Origin: Utricularia gibba
Taxonomy: Eukaryota > Plantae > Magnoliophyta
Reading direction: 5' to 3'
DNA: 64,000 nucleotides
NCBI GenBank assembly: GCA_002189035.1
Contig: NEEC01000014.1
Span: forward strand, 1,426,001-1,490,000
This document shows, one piece after another, positions 24,903 to 38,210 of this stretch (its first letter is position 1; each line of letters begins with the position of its first letter). Made by a program: the position numbers and the translations under genes. Under the pieces are notes generated by a model. It did no database searches. It was not told the origin of the DNA and saw only the letters and a program-made list of their open reading frames with translations.

Positions 24903-25818
24903 CTGGCGATTGAGAAACAGAGCACCCCGGTTCGTGAAATCAGGCCTTTTAATCGGAGAATCATGGTAGAGGTCTTTGCTTTCTGGGTTTTTTTTGTTAT
25001 TTGGATTGTTAGAATGGGTCTGAATAATTTTTGTTGATAGGGAGCTGGAGCGCCTGATGGAGAAGACAACCGATGGCCGCCATGGTTGAAACCTTTGTTG
25101 AAAGAGCAATTTTTTGGTCATTGTAAATCCCACGCTGATTCCCATAAAAGCGAACGGAATATGTACTGTTTAGATTGTATGGATGGTGCTCTTTGCTCTC
25201 TCTGTTTGGTTCATCACAAAGAACATCGTGCCATTCAGGTGAGGAACGCAATTTTCGCTTTCTGGTTTTTGTCCTTTTTTCAGGAATCATCGTTTTCGTT
25301 GGTTTACAGATAAGGAGATCATCCTACCACGATGTGATCAGAGTTGCTGAGATTCAAAAGTATCTGGATATCAGCTCTGTTCAGACATACATAATCAACA
25401 GCGCAAAAGTCGTCTTCTTGAACGAACGCCCCCAGCCCAGGCCGGGAAAAGGCGTAACCAACACCTGCGAAGTTTGCGATCGCAGCCTTCTTGATTCCTT
25501 CAGATTCTGCTCCCTTGGCTGCAAGGTTTCACCTTTTCACCAATTTCTTTTCAGCTGGAAGAGTTTAAGTTGACCTTTTATTGCACCTTTTTGATTCAGA
25601 TTGCTGGTACATCGAAGAATCTTCACCAAAAAGTCAAGAACACATCGCCCGAGAACAGAAAGACGGCGGTGGCTGCGGCCGAGTCAGAGGACTGGCATAG
25701 CAGTCGGAGTTTCACACCGTCGACCCCGCCACCCACCTCCATGAGCTACCAGTCCGCGAAGCGGAGGAAGGGCATCCCCCACAGAGCTCCAACTGGTGTT
25801 CTCAACATCAAAAACTAG
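24903..25818 (+). CDS. PLATZ: PLATZ transcription factor; exons 24903 (CTG) or 24963 (ATG) to 24965, 25041-25238, 25310-25525, 25600-25818
   Basis: [11 protein letters not shown]-x2-H-x11-C-x2-C-x5-C-x2-C-x3-H-x2-H zinc motif, [49 protein letters not shown]. Confidence 0.95.
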
Positions 25819-26594
25819 ACTCAGAGAAGCAGGCAGCTACATTAGCCATAAAGCCATAGAGAAAGGGTGAGAAACAAGAGAATACAGAACTATAAACAGC
25901 AAGCTTGAAGCGTAATAGCGAAATGCCGGTCTGGGTTCCGAGCTTCGGATCTAAGCACTGCGCCATGTGGTTTCAGTTTCCGGTCCTTTGTTCTTGTTTT
26001 GTCAGAACCGAAGAAGGTCGCAAGTTAGTGTAATGACACAAATTATGAAACTGAAGGTTTGTCTGTGTGTCTGTTGTACTGATTTCCACACCATGTACAT
26101 GTCTTGTTTAAACAACAGCAACATGAAAACATGTGGGGTCAACGTCTGACGTGCCATGTAACAACAAATAATATGATCAAAAACCATATTAATAATTTTG
26201 CTATTTTCATTTTAAAAAAATATAAATTTAATAACATGACTTATGAATTAAGTTCAATTCGTATAAATATAAATAAATTATGTATAAATTAGTTTGAATT
26301 TTCTGACTCTCTCATCGTCTAATAAGTTCTTCGATACTATTCATCACACGTTTGGAGAGCCATTGTGTGTTTCAATAGGGGACGAAGGTTTTTAATAAAC
26401 TAATATAATATTACAATTTTTAAATTAATATAAAATAAAAAAATATTATAACAATTCGGATCAACTCACGATTCAGAACGAATCTAGCATATCCGTAGAA
26501 ACGTAATTTTTTATGATAATTCAATAAATTCGACTCATAGTCGGTCAAATCTTATTTGTGTCCACTTTTAAATTAATATAAAGAAGATGAATTC

Positions 26595-26866
26595 GGGCCT
26601 TTTGTTGGGCTGGGCCGAGGGAATGCTCATTCATTTAAGCCCGTACGAGTGTCAGATTGGATGGAGGCTCTGAAAGGCGGCTCACGCAGACTGGCGCGTG
26701 TCAGCACGTTCCTTAAAGGGCGGTGAGGTGAAGGGTTTGAGAGGTAGTTGGGGACAGGGTCATTAGAAAGAAACCCTAATAAGTTGAATTGCCCTGCCCC
26801 TTAACACACGCGCACGCACTTCGCTGTCGCTTCATGCATCTCCAATCATCTGCATCTAAACCCTAG
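26595..26866 (+). promoter_or_regulatory. SAD2 promoter with site II (TGGGCY/GGGCC) elements and two telo-boxes
   Basis: GGGCC at 26595, TGGGCT at 26606, TGGGCC at 26611; AAACCCTAA at 26771 and AAACCCTAG at 26858, within 360 nt of the ATG. This pairing is typical of housekeeping and growth genes. Confidence 0.65.
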
Positions 26867-26950
26867 AGGAAGGTTCCAGTCGCTCGCTGTTCCCCCTGGG
26901 CTTCTTTTACTCCTTGTTCCAATCTTTCCGGGTTCGAGAACCGGAATTCG

Positions 26951-29900
26951 ATGGATCTTCAGAGCTTGGCCGTTATCCTACAAGGTGCACTCAGTCCAAA
27001 TCCTAATGAGCGGAAAGCTGCTGAAGAGAGTCTTAATCAGGTTTTTCATCTTGTCATTCACTACTCCAACTCGACCCTTTTGTTGGTTTTTGCTAGATTG
27101 AAATAAAGCGGCTTCTTTTTATCATCGAATTCCGTTGAAGCGGCTACCTTTGATAAACTTTTATTGATATTCTGAGTTGATGTCGTTGGATTCAATTGCG
27201 CTTCACTCTTTTGTTTGTGTGATTGCGCAGTTTCAGTATGCGCCACAGCATTTGGTCAGGCTTTTGCAGATCATAGTGGAAGGAAGTTGTGATATGGCTG
27301 TTAGGCAGGTTGCCAGCATATCTTTTAAGAATCTTATAGCCAAAAACTGGTGTACGAATGATCCTGGTACGCTCTCAATATTTGTGGATTATCTAGACGT
27401 AGTAGTTGGATTCCTGTAGTTGTTTTATGAGAGCATTATTGCAGGCTGACCTAATTATTGAATAATTAAATTGCGTGAATTAGAGTGCAAAAGTAGATTA
27501 AATTTCAACTCTTTTGCTCGAGTGTGTGAACTGATATTTTGCCACAGATAATTCATGTGTCAGCAAGATAACATACAGCTTGAAGCACTGTAATCTTACC
27601 TGAATGTTTTTCTACGTTCTCCTCTGGTTTGCGTGCTTTCTTTATGTGTTGGTTGTATTCTCAATAGTAACATTGTGCATGCTTCTTGGTGCTGAATGGA
27701 ACAAAGATTTGTGTCCCTCATTCCGTGGCGTAAATGTGTATGTATGCGATAAGCTGTTATAACTCTAGCTGATCGTTTTTTTCTGTTGGTGGAAAATTAG
27801 GTGAACCGTCAAAGATTCTTCCAGAAGACAAGGAAGTTGTGAGACAGAATATTCTTAATTTCGTGATGCAAGTCCCGCCACTTTTGAGGTATAAATAAAA
27901 TTTAGTGCCAGATCTTCCTTTTTATCTGTAAAGAAGTCTAAATCCTAGAACTTTTTTTGTATTGAAAAGAGTGCAGCTTGGGGAATGCTTGAAAACAATG
28001 ATACAGGAAGACTATCCAGAACAATGGCCTGCTCTTCTTCATTGGGTGAAGCATAATTTGCAGGATCAACAAGTTTATGGAGCTTTGTTCGTTCTGCGTA
28101 TTCTTTCCAGAAAATATGAGTAAGTTCCATGTGAATGTCCTTTTTTTGTATCATTTTTTTCTGAGGATTTTGTAATCTAATCGTTGTTTTAAACGGTAGG
28201 AAATATTTATGCATTTTGTGGATTATGTTTCTTTTCTTTGATAAATTGAAAGTTAGTTTTTACAAACAGAAAAATTCTCTTATCAACTTGGCTCACTGAT
28301 GTTTGGGAAATTCCAGGTTCAAATCTGATGATGAGAGATTACCTGTGCATCACATTGTTGAAGAAACATTTCAGCAGCTGCTCAGCATATTCAACCGGCT
28401 CATCCAAATACCCAACCCTTCTGTTGAAGTAGCTGACTTGATCAAGCTGATTTGTAAAATATTCTGGTCATCAATATATGTATGTACATGCGTTTTCAAG
28501 ATTTATATTACATTTTCTCACAAAAGCTTCTTGCCACTTCTAAATTTAGGATCTAAGATTTTCACACTAAGCACCCGTGATCAAGTTTCTACCTTTTAAA
28601 TTCTTTATATTATGTCTTCGTCTTCTCAGTTATATATTCCAGCAATGTTTGCATTTCTAAACTCCATTTTCTTCTGCTTGGGCCTTTTAAAAAATGGTAG
28701 CTCCCTTTAGTACATTTTCCCAGAGACTCTGGTTGCTCTTGTTGAACATACCTAATGCATTTCCTTCTTACAGTTGGAGCTTCCAAGACAGTTATTCGTT
28801 CCCAACATTTTTGATGCATGGATGATCCTTTTCTTGACTGTGCTGGAGAGACCTGTTCCTCTAGAAGGGCAGCCCGCGGATCCCGAGCTGAGAAAGTCAT
28901 GGGGGTGGTGGAAAGTGAAAAAGTGGACTGTCCACATATTAAACCGTCTTTATACACGGTGTCCTTGTCTTTTTCCCTTTTCCATTTTGTGGTTTTTTTG
29001 AGCATTTTTATTACCAATCTCACCCTTTGGTCGCCTGGTATAGGTTTGGGGATGCAAAACTTCAAAATCCTGACAACAAAGCTTTTGCACAGAACTTTCA
29101 GAAAAATTATGCTGGAAAGATTTTGGAGTGCCATTTAAACTTGTTAAATGTGATACGTGTTGGTGGTTATTTGCCAGACAGAGTAATCAATCTAATTTTG
29201 CAGTACCTCAGTAATAGGTTTGTCGACTTGAATCTAATTTCATTTTTATCTTTCTCTTCGATTAGCTGTTATATATTCTTTCTTAACTGAATGGTTGATC
29301 CAAAATTGTGTTCGCCTGTGCAGCATTTCAAAAAGTGCCATGTACCACCTGCTGCAGCCAAAAATCGACATTGTTCTTTTTGAAATAATATTCCCTCTGA
29401 TGTGCTTCAATGATAATGATCAAGTACTCTGGGACGATGACCCACATGAATATGTGCGGAAAGGATATGGTATATTGTTTCTCCTCTATGCTAATACTTG
29501 GTTTCATTCTTGCACTCCTGCCTCGAGTCACACTGCCAATTTGATCCATATGTTTTACAGACATAATTGAAGATTTGTATAGTCCTAGAACGGCTGCAAT
29601 GGATTTTGTGTGTGAGTTGGTCAGAAAGCGTGGAAAGGACAACCTGCAGAAGTTCTTGTTATTCATTGTGGAGGTTTTTAAGAGGTTAAATTTTGCTACT
29701 AACTTGATTTTCATACCATAACTAATCAGATAATGAGCTTCTTTAATGTGTCCATTTTTTAACTAGGTATGATGATGCACCAGCAGAATATAAGCCTTAT
29801 AGACAGAAGGATGGTGCCCTTCTCGCTATTGGATCTCTTTGTGATAAACTAAAGCAGTCCGAGCTGTATAAACATGAACTAGAGCCAATGATTGTTCAGC

Positions 29901-32900
29901 ATGTATTCCCTGAGTTTAGTAGTCCAGTGGGACATCTTCGAGCTAAGGTAGCTTACCCACTTGGTAATGAATATGCTTTTCCGTGGCCTTCACGCTGACT
30001 TGATCAATGGATTTGAAAGCGTTAATTTGTATGCTATTTCATCAAGTTCTACTAAAACGCTTGTTTACAAAATGGTCTTCTATGATTTTTTTTTCTTTTG
30101 TTTCTATGGAATCTGGCTTTGCATCTATTAGTTGTTTGAACATGAACTAGTCGCCTGGCAACTTATTGTTTGGGTAGTTTAATTTGAGTGATGAGCTTAT
30201 ATCATTCTTGTGCAATCCAAAATGAGCTTTTAGGCAGCATGGGTTGCTGGTCAATATGCTCATATTAATTTCTCGGATTCAAATAACTTCCGGAGGGCCT
30301 TACACAATGTTGTTGCTGGGATGCGTGATCCTGAACTCCCTGTGCGTGTCGACTCCGTATTTGCTCTACGTTCCTTTGTGGAAGCCTGCAGTGGTAAAGT
30401 GTCCATCCGTCAAGTTTTTTGTTTTATCCTTTTCACTATTATATCTAATACCTGATACTAAAATATAACTGTCTGTGCAGATTTATCTGAAATCAGACCA
30501 ATTCTTCCACAGCTTCTTGATGGTATTGTATTATTCATGGAAGCCCCACCTCTATGATGAGTGGAATCTAATATTCTGATTGCTTTCCCTAAATGTCTTC
30601 AGATTTTTTCAAACTCATGGATGAAGTTGAAAATGAAGACCTTGTTTTTACCCTTGAGACCATCGTGGACAAATTTGGGAAGAGATGGTTCCTTACGCTC
30701 TTGGCTTATGCCAAAATTTGGTGAGGATAATTTTTTTCTGTCATGCTTTGATGAATTGGCAAGAGTTCTTCTCCTTTGGCGAACTAATTTTGATCCCCAG
30801 GCTGCTGCATTTTGGAAATGCATGAATACTGCTGAAGCAGATGAAGAAGGTGATGATCCTGGTGCTTTAGCAGCTGTTGGCTGCTTACGTGCCATAAGCA
30901 CAATTCTTGAATCAATTAACAGAGTGCCTCATCTGTTTGTACACATTGAGCCTATAATGTTCCCGATAATGTCGAGGATGCTGACTACTGATGGTCAAGG
31001 TGAGCTTTTTTCTTGTGGAAACTGTTTATTTGTATTTTCAGCTTTTATTATCACATCCTTTTGAATATCCTGAAATCTGTGTTCCTTGACATTTTGTTGG
31101 CTAGTTCTTTTTTTTGGATTGTAAATCACAGAAGCATGACGTGCAATATCATCCCCATATTTGATCATAGACAATGATTTTAAATCAAATGAGTTGCTCA
31201 GAATACATACTCTGGTGCTGAAAATACTAACTCCTAGTGCATAATGACCTTTTATAACCTTTTATAACGCCATTTGCTTTCAGGTCCAGTTTCATTTTCC
31301 TCCTTATTTTTTGTACTTTTATGGCGTTTGTTTCAACTGTATTGGCGGTCCTAATGCCATTTGGTGTCTCTGTTGTTGCGTTCTTGCGTAGCATGCTAAT
31401 TTTGAATCATCAAACACTTCTACAGAGGTCTTTGAAGAAGTACTGGAGATTGTATCCTACATGACCTTCTATTTACCAACATTATCACTGGAAATGTGGA
31501 GCCTGTGGCCGTTGATGATGCAAGCTTTGTCCGACTGGGCTATTGATTTTTTCCCAAGTATGCTGCAACACCTTAAATTGTCCTTACCACGCATCATTTC
31601 TTTCTTCTTCTATGTTTTTCTGGCGCATTTTACTTTTTTTGGCATATCAGCTCTCTGATGATTGTGCTTATATGTTATTTCATTGATGATGTCAACTTCT
31701 GCCATTTTGTAATTTTTCGACCGTGCTTTCAAGTTGGTTATAATGTTTTTTTTTTGCAGATATACTGGTTCCATTGGATAATTATATATCCAGAAGCACT
31801 GAACATTTTCTCGCATGCAAGGAACCAGATTATCAGCAAAGCCTTTGGAATATGATATCATCTGTTAGTTGTTATCGTGTTAATTGTGGAGCCTGATAAA
31901 GTGAAGCCATGTAACAAATGTATTATTCTGTTCTGGCAGGTAATGGGAGACAAGAATCTCGAAGATGGTGATATAGAACCTGCACCCAAGCTCATCCAAG
32001 TGGTATTCCAAAACTGCCGGGGAAAAGTTGATCACTGGATTGAGCCTTACTTGAGAGTCACTGTGGAACGTCTACGTCGTACTGAGAAACCATATTTAAA
32101 GTGCCTTTTGATGGAAGTCGTGAGTAAATTCTGCACAACCTAAATGTTTTTTGAAGCTAATGTGGAGATAGCTATCTGAAATGTTGTTGGAACAATATTT
32201 GAAGTGCATGATTTTTTTTTCCAAGAATGATTGAATAACAAGAAAATGACTTCCTTTAGGTTGCTGATGCTCTGTACTACAATGCGTCCTTGACACTCAG
32301 CATTCTTCAGAGGCTTAATGTTGCCACAGAACTTTTCAACCTTTGGTTCCAGATGTTGCAGCAGACTAAGAAGAGTGGAGCACGTGCCCATTTTAAGAGG
32401 TGCTAGTTTAATGATGTACTTGAATTTGCATATTGTATTTTGCTAAAATGATATTGCTTATTAATTTTTAAGCATGAATATGCAGGGAGCATGATAAAAA
32501 GGTGTGCTGTCTAGGCTTGACATCGTTGCTTCCTCTCCCTGCTGAACAGTTGCCAGCAGAAGCATTGGATCGTATTTTCAAGTCCACGCTTGACCTGCTT
32601 GTGGCATACAAGGGTCAACTAGCAGGTTTTGTACACTTTTTATTTGTCTGCAATGCATTGTGGTATACTTATGTGTTGTTTGTGGATTTGGTATATTTTA
32701 TATGGTTACTTATTGCAGAGGCTGCTAAAGAGGAGGAAGAGGGTGAAGATGATGACGATACAGAAAATTTTGAAAGTGATGGTGATGAATATGATGGTGA
32801 TTCTGACAAGGAGATGGGGATTGAAGCCGAGGATGGAGATGAAGCTGATAGTCTTAAGCTTCAGAAATTGGCTGCCCGGGTTGGTGTTTCTCGTGCATTT

Positions 32901-33613
32901 TTTTCCATCTTCATTTATTAGAAGTCTATATAAAAAGTTATTACATGCAAATTTTGGCCCACATTTTGAAATGCGTTTTGTTTAAAATTTCATGCGAGAA
33001 TAATTGCAATTATTGTGGTTGTTTCAGTATAAGTTGTTTATCCATCTTGATCTTGCTTGGATTTGTAGCTGGAAAAATATTTTGGCGTATATACACACCT
33101 TTTACAAAATCTTGTTACACAACTTTTTAGCATGTGTTGCAAGGCCACCCAACGTCATTTGTGTTGCTGGGATGTTTCCATATCCACTAGTTTCTGCTTT
33201 TTTGTGAAATATTTTCACTGTTCCCACTGCATTCTCAGGCAAAAGCGTTTCGCAACTCTGATTTGGATGATGACAGTGATGATGATTTCAGCGAGGATGA
33301 CGAAGAATTGCAGTCACCTATTGATGATGTTGACCCTTTCGTTTTTTTTGTGGATACCATCAAAGGTACTCTTCTCGTCCTGGATTAGTAATAACTGGTA
33401 TCATCAAGTTTCTGGATTTTTGTGACTCAGAATTTCTATGCTGCAGTTTTGCGAGCTTCAGATCCTTTGAGATTCGAGAGACTCACACAGACTCTAGATC
33501 TTCATTATCGAGCACTTGCTGATGGAGTTGCTCAGCATGCAGAGCACAGAAGAGTGGAGATTGAGAAGGAAAGGATTGCCAAAGCTGCCGAGGCAGCAGC
33601 TGCCCCCTCATGA
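26951..33613 (+). CDS. SAD2: Importin-beta-like SAD2 (importin 7/8 family); 22 exons; 1-nt frameshift at 30677-30679 in this sequence
   Basis: [83 protein letters not shown], acidic C-terminal tract; GT-AG boundaries traced throughout. Confidence 0.93.
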
Positions 33614-34938
33614 TGCGCTTCTCTACAAGTCATCTGAACTAGCAGCACTCCTCTCGCAAAACATTAAAATAGTCTGGCCAGGTTTAAAATCAGCCCATGA
33701 GGATTGGATCATAGGAGTCCGGAGTGCACTAAGATATTTTGGTGTCATTGTGTCCAGATCGTCATCCAAAATGCTGCCTTGGGTGCAGTTTCGGACGGTA
33801 GGGAAGTGATCAGGGAGTCACGTTCCTGAGTCAAGTGGTTCTTTCTGCATAAGAAGGTCCCCCGGTTTTCAGTTTCTATGTCCGCCATGATGTTGTACCA
33901 ATTTTCTGTCAGCCAGAGTCAGCATGCTAAGGAAGTCTCTCTGATTCCGCAGATGGGAGGTTGAGAGTGTTGTCAAAATTTTGTCATACATACATGAGCA
34001 TTGGTTGTTAGCATTCTTTCCCTTGGTCGGATTGGTTCATTCCTTGTGTTGTTGCGGGGGGTTGTGTTGGTCTTTGTGCATAAGTGCATGAATTTTGTAT
34101 ATCAGACCCCATTCGTTCCTTATATTTCTCAACAGTCATCTCTGTTGGGGCATCCCTCCTGCTCTTCCTCCCACCTCTGCCTCGTTTGTAATGGTGGAGT
34201 GCCAGTCCCACTCTTTTGTGCACTCTCCTGAGCATGTAAAAAACACCCAACCAACTTTGTAGGTTATTCATTTGGTTTCAATACTGGAAACTGATGAATC
34301 GGGTTGATTGGTAAATTGAATTGCTCCTTTAAATTCTACAGTGAAAGTGGAGTAACCGGACTTGATGTGCTGCCATCATTCCAAAAACATCAGCAATGAA
34401 GAAAGTTGTGTGCAGTGACTAGTGATTGTGTTATAGAGGCTATAACTGTAGCAAGTAGAGAGCAGACTGCCCATGCTGGTTTCCTGCTTGTGGGCTTCCA
34501 TGACTTGATATTCATATGGCTCCTGAAACTCTCTGTACTTTCTTTTCTGCTTGTTTCTGATGAGGGGGATGAAATTCTGGTGGCTTAGGACTGACTGCAT
34601 TAAATTAACTTGCAACTGTTCAGCATGTTTGTTGGATTCTTCTTTTGATATCTTATCCATATCCCCCATCTGTCAACCTTTTACACCAAACAGGATTTGG
34701 AAGACTTTTCAAAGGTCTACACCCCAAAGATTTGGCTCTAAGCAAACAGTTGATGGCTTCCAAAAAGACCAACTACTTCTTGATCAGCAAAAGTCACACC
34801 AGCTGATAGCGAAAGCCTGTTATACTCAACTTTTCTGTGTGCGCGTTCCCACTCTGAGTGCAGAATCCACTTCCAAAAGAGAACTCATTACCATACACTA
34901 TTCATTCATTCTCCAAAACTCAGCTTTTTAGAGTAGCC

Positions 34939-35271
34939 ATGGCTGCAAAGTTCACCAGCTTTCTCCTCTACTTCATCTTCTTCTGCTTCTCCTTGTTTGC
35001 TGGTTCCAGGATTGCTGAGTCGTCTATGGCGGATTCCATGGCAAGCTACGGCGGGGATGACTTCGAGGCACTGATGGAGTCACAAACCAGCGCAAGATTC
35101 CTTCAAGAGCAGAGAAACTACATCGTATACGATGTCCTGAAGAAGGACCGGCCCATCTGCCGTGGGGAACCGGGATCACCGTACTCCAGAGGCAGCGGAT
35201 GCCTTCCTCCGCCCTCCAACACATACCATCGGCCCTGCTACACGTACTACAGGTGCAGGGTCTCCAAGTGA
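34939..35271 (+). CDS. RALFL: RALF-like secreted cysteine-rich peptide precursor (RALFL27/32-like), 110 aa
   Basis: Hydrophobic signal peptide, acidic pro-region (ALMES), YIVY in place of YISY, four C-terminal Cys (PIC...GC...RPC..YYRC); intronless. Confidence 0.85.
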   Translation: MAAKFTSFLLYFIFFCFSLFAGSRIAESSMADSMASYGGDDFEALMESQTSARFLQEQRNYIVYDVLKKDRPICRGEPGSPYSRGSGCLPPPSNTYHRPCYTYYRCRVSK

Positions 35272-35636
35272 AGTGTCTGCTACAGCATGTAAACTCTATT
35301 TTCCTGTGCTTCAAAGGGACCAAATAAAAGTATGAAAATGGACAGGGTGCACAGCCCCTTCATTTCTGTGTATATGATGACCATTTCATGAGAATCAGCC
35401 GCATCATTAACTATATAAAACCAGTCTACACACTCTGCAAATGCCAAGGAGAGAGGCCATTCCATCCACCTTTTGTAGAAAACTACAAACTTGCTTTGGA
35501 GAGTAGAAACATCATTTGGCTTTAAGTTCCCATACTCCTGTAGAGGTGAGTACTATCATCCAAAATGCGCAATGTGGAGAGAAGGGTAGAGCAAGACACA
35601 GCAAGGTTACGAATGAGTGAAAAAGGTTGAGCTTAC

Positions 35637-36597
35637 CATGGTTTCCTCTCCATGGAAACGATTAACTAAAGCCACATCTTTGGAAAGATGTGTTTTATGC
35701 TTGTCATCATTCCTCCATGGTTTACAAAAGCTTCCACTCAAACGGCAAACAGAGAAAACATCTTCAGGTAATCCCAATGTCGCTAAAACTTGCTTTCCCC
35801 TAAGAGACAGCATTCCTTCCTGAACCTCAGAGTAAAGAGCTTTAATTAAGTCTAGTGAACCCACAAATGGTTTCAACCCAACTGGTCAATGCACAGTATG
35901 GCACTTAGCATTTTATATTGCGTAGATTCCATGAAAAGATACAGAGGATGATCATATAAATCATGTCAGATATCCAGAAACAATTACAGATATTGCAGAA
36001 GTTAACTTATATTTACGAGGTACCAAATCTGAATTCGACAAAGAAAGTACATGGCAAGTGCTTACCCTTCCCTGTCATACAGGCAGAATGAAACTACTTC
36101 AAGTCACAGCATTCATTGCCATTTAAAACAATCCAAGACATTTTCCCGTGCGTTTGAAAGAGAGGTTAGCTGCATATTAACAGAAAATTAAACAAAACTC
36201 ACCTACATCAACAGCAAGGAAGTTAAAAAGTTGCTATCAACAAGCAAAAAGGCTTCAACTTTACGGAGAATTCTTGAATAAAAAATAGCCCGGCGACATT
36301 AACAGGATCCAAGTGGCACTTCGTGTCTGCCCCTATTACCTCCGATGCCAAAATTTCGACAGGCGGCGGTGGGGGCCGAGGAAGGGGTTTTTCAGGGAAG
36401 CCGAGAAAGCTCGAACCCGACGCATTTGTGACATCAGAAAAGACGGAAAATTTTCTTCTTTTGACGCGTTGAATTGATTTGAACCCACTGCAGTTGACCA
36501 ACGAACCGCAGAAAAGTATGCCTGATGTTCCTCTAGACTTGAGGATTACTTCACCTTCAATTCTAAATCTTGTTTGATTTTGTGAAAAATAAAACAT
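35637..36597 (-). pseudogene. Degenerate histidine protein methyltransferase 1 homolog (HPM1/METTL18-like)
   Basis: Exon-like pieces PLPRPPPPPVEILASEV...VNVAGLFFIQ, GRVSTCHVLSLSNSDLVPRKY (from 36071) and GLKPFVGSLDLIKALYSEVQEGMLSLRGKQVL match my recollection of plant HPM1 (GRVST..NSDLVPGKYEGGLKLWEGSLDL..GKRVLELGCG). The SAM motif and downstream exons are not recognisable. Confidence 0.65.
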
Positions 36598-36638
36598 AGA
36601 AAAAGCGGCGGCGTTTGTGAAAGGGGGGCAATCGCTCA

Positions 36639-38210
36639 ATGGGTTCAATGGACGGAGGAGCTTCGGCCGGTGGCGGAGGCGGAAGCCCTGCGCCGTTCCT
36701 CTTGAAAACCTACGAGATGGTTGATGATTCCAAGACGGACGCCATCGTGTCGTGGAGCGTGAGTAATAAGAGTTTCACCGTTTGGGATCCGCCGGAGTTC
36801 GCGCGCGTTCTTCTTCCGACTTACTTCAAACACAACAATTTCGCCAGCTTCATCCGTCAACTCAACACATACGTATATTTACCTCTTCTTGGAATTGAAT
36901 GTGTTCTTGGTAGTTTACTTGGATTTTGCATCTTCTGCTGAATTTGAGATGGAAAATGTTCACAAACCCTTCTTGTTGACATGATTTTGTGAGAATTCTG
37001 AAACCCATGCTACTTTTCTCAAGGATATTACCTTCTGTTGATCTAGGGATTCAGGAAGATTGATCCGGAAAGATGGGAATTTGCTAATGATGATTTTATG
37101 AAGGACCACCAGCATCTTCTTAAGAATATTCATCGTCGAAAGCCCATTCACAGCCATAGCCAGCCTCCAGTTTCAATTGATCCAGAAAGAGCTGCCTATG
37201 AAGAAGAAGTAGATAAGTTGGCTCATGAAAAGGGTGTTCTTGAAGGAAAAATATTGAAATATTTGGAGCAGGAATCTGCAACAAAGGCTCAGTTGGAGAT
37301 TCTGATACATCGTGTAAGTTCCATTGAACAAAGGCAAGAGAAATTACTTGCCTTCATGGACAAAGCATTGCAGAATCCAGACTTCGTTACTGAACTAGCT
37401 CTGAAACTCGAATCCATGAATTTTTCGGCATACAAGAAGAAAAGGAGAATTCTTCATCTGGAAAACGCAGAAGCAGCTCCGGAGGATCCTGTAATTGGAT
37501 ATCGCAGCAGTAGTTTGTCTGAGCTTGGAGACTCTTCACAGCAAAACTTGAGCAGTATACTTAGGCTGGAGCTATTGCCTGCAGTTTCAGATGTTAATCT
37601 GATTTCTAGCATTGTGATAAGCCCCAATGACAATGAGGCGAGCACTGGATGGAGAAGGGAGAGTGTGTCGAAAGATGCCCATGCCAAAGGTGCAGCTTTT
37701 TTCCGTGCCTCTGAACTTTCAGACCATGGGGCTTCTTTCAACTTGAATGCAAATTCTCCCTCACCAGGAAGATTGGGATCTGACAGCCCCGTGCTGCATT
37801 CCATCCAAAGCTCAGCTTCTATTGACGCAGGTGGCGATGATCACCTTTCCCACCTTCTAGATCTTACACTTGCATCTTCATCTGTGGAACTTTCCCGAAG
37901 TCAGAAACCTGTTGAAAGTACTCAGCCAAGTGAGGATATGTTTGCAGTGGCTCGCCTTGACTCTAATGCTGATGCAAGTGGTGATGAGGGTCCGTCTCAG
38001 GACAGCGCAGTGGACAACACCCCAACCTTATTTGCATCCTGTGATGCACCAAGCAGCGACCCTCCTGCACTGGCAACGGTGTCTGCTCGAGTGAACGATG
38101 TGTTCTGGGAACAGTTTCTAACAGAGCGGCCCGGTTGCTCGGACAACGAAGAGGCCAACTTTAGCCATCTAACGAACTACAACAGCCGAATGGAGCGTCT
38201 CACCCTGTGA
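36639..38210 (+). CDS. HSFA5: Heat stress transcription factor, class A5; exons 36639-36872 and 37047-38210
   Basis: [30 protein letters not shown]|GFRK with the conserved DBD intron, [14 protein letters not shown] coiled coil, KKRR NLS, AHA motif [14 protein letters not shown]. Confidence 0.93.

Noticed and set aside
25150-25165. PLATZ SERN in place of the common SECN
   Set aside because: This Cys is not one of the canonical C-x2-H-x11-C-x2-C ligands, and the position varies within the family.
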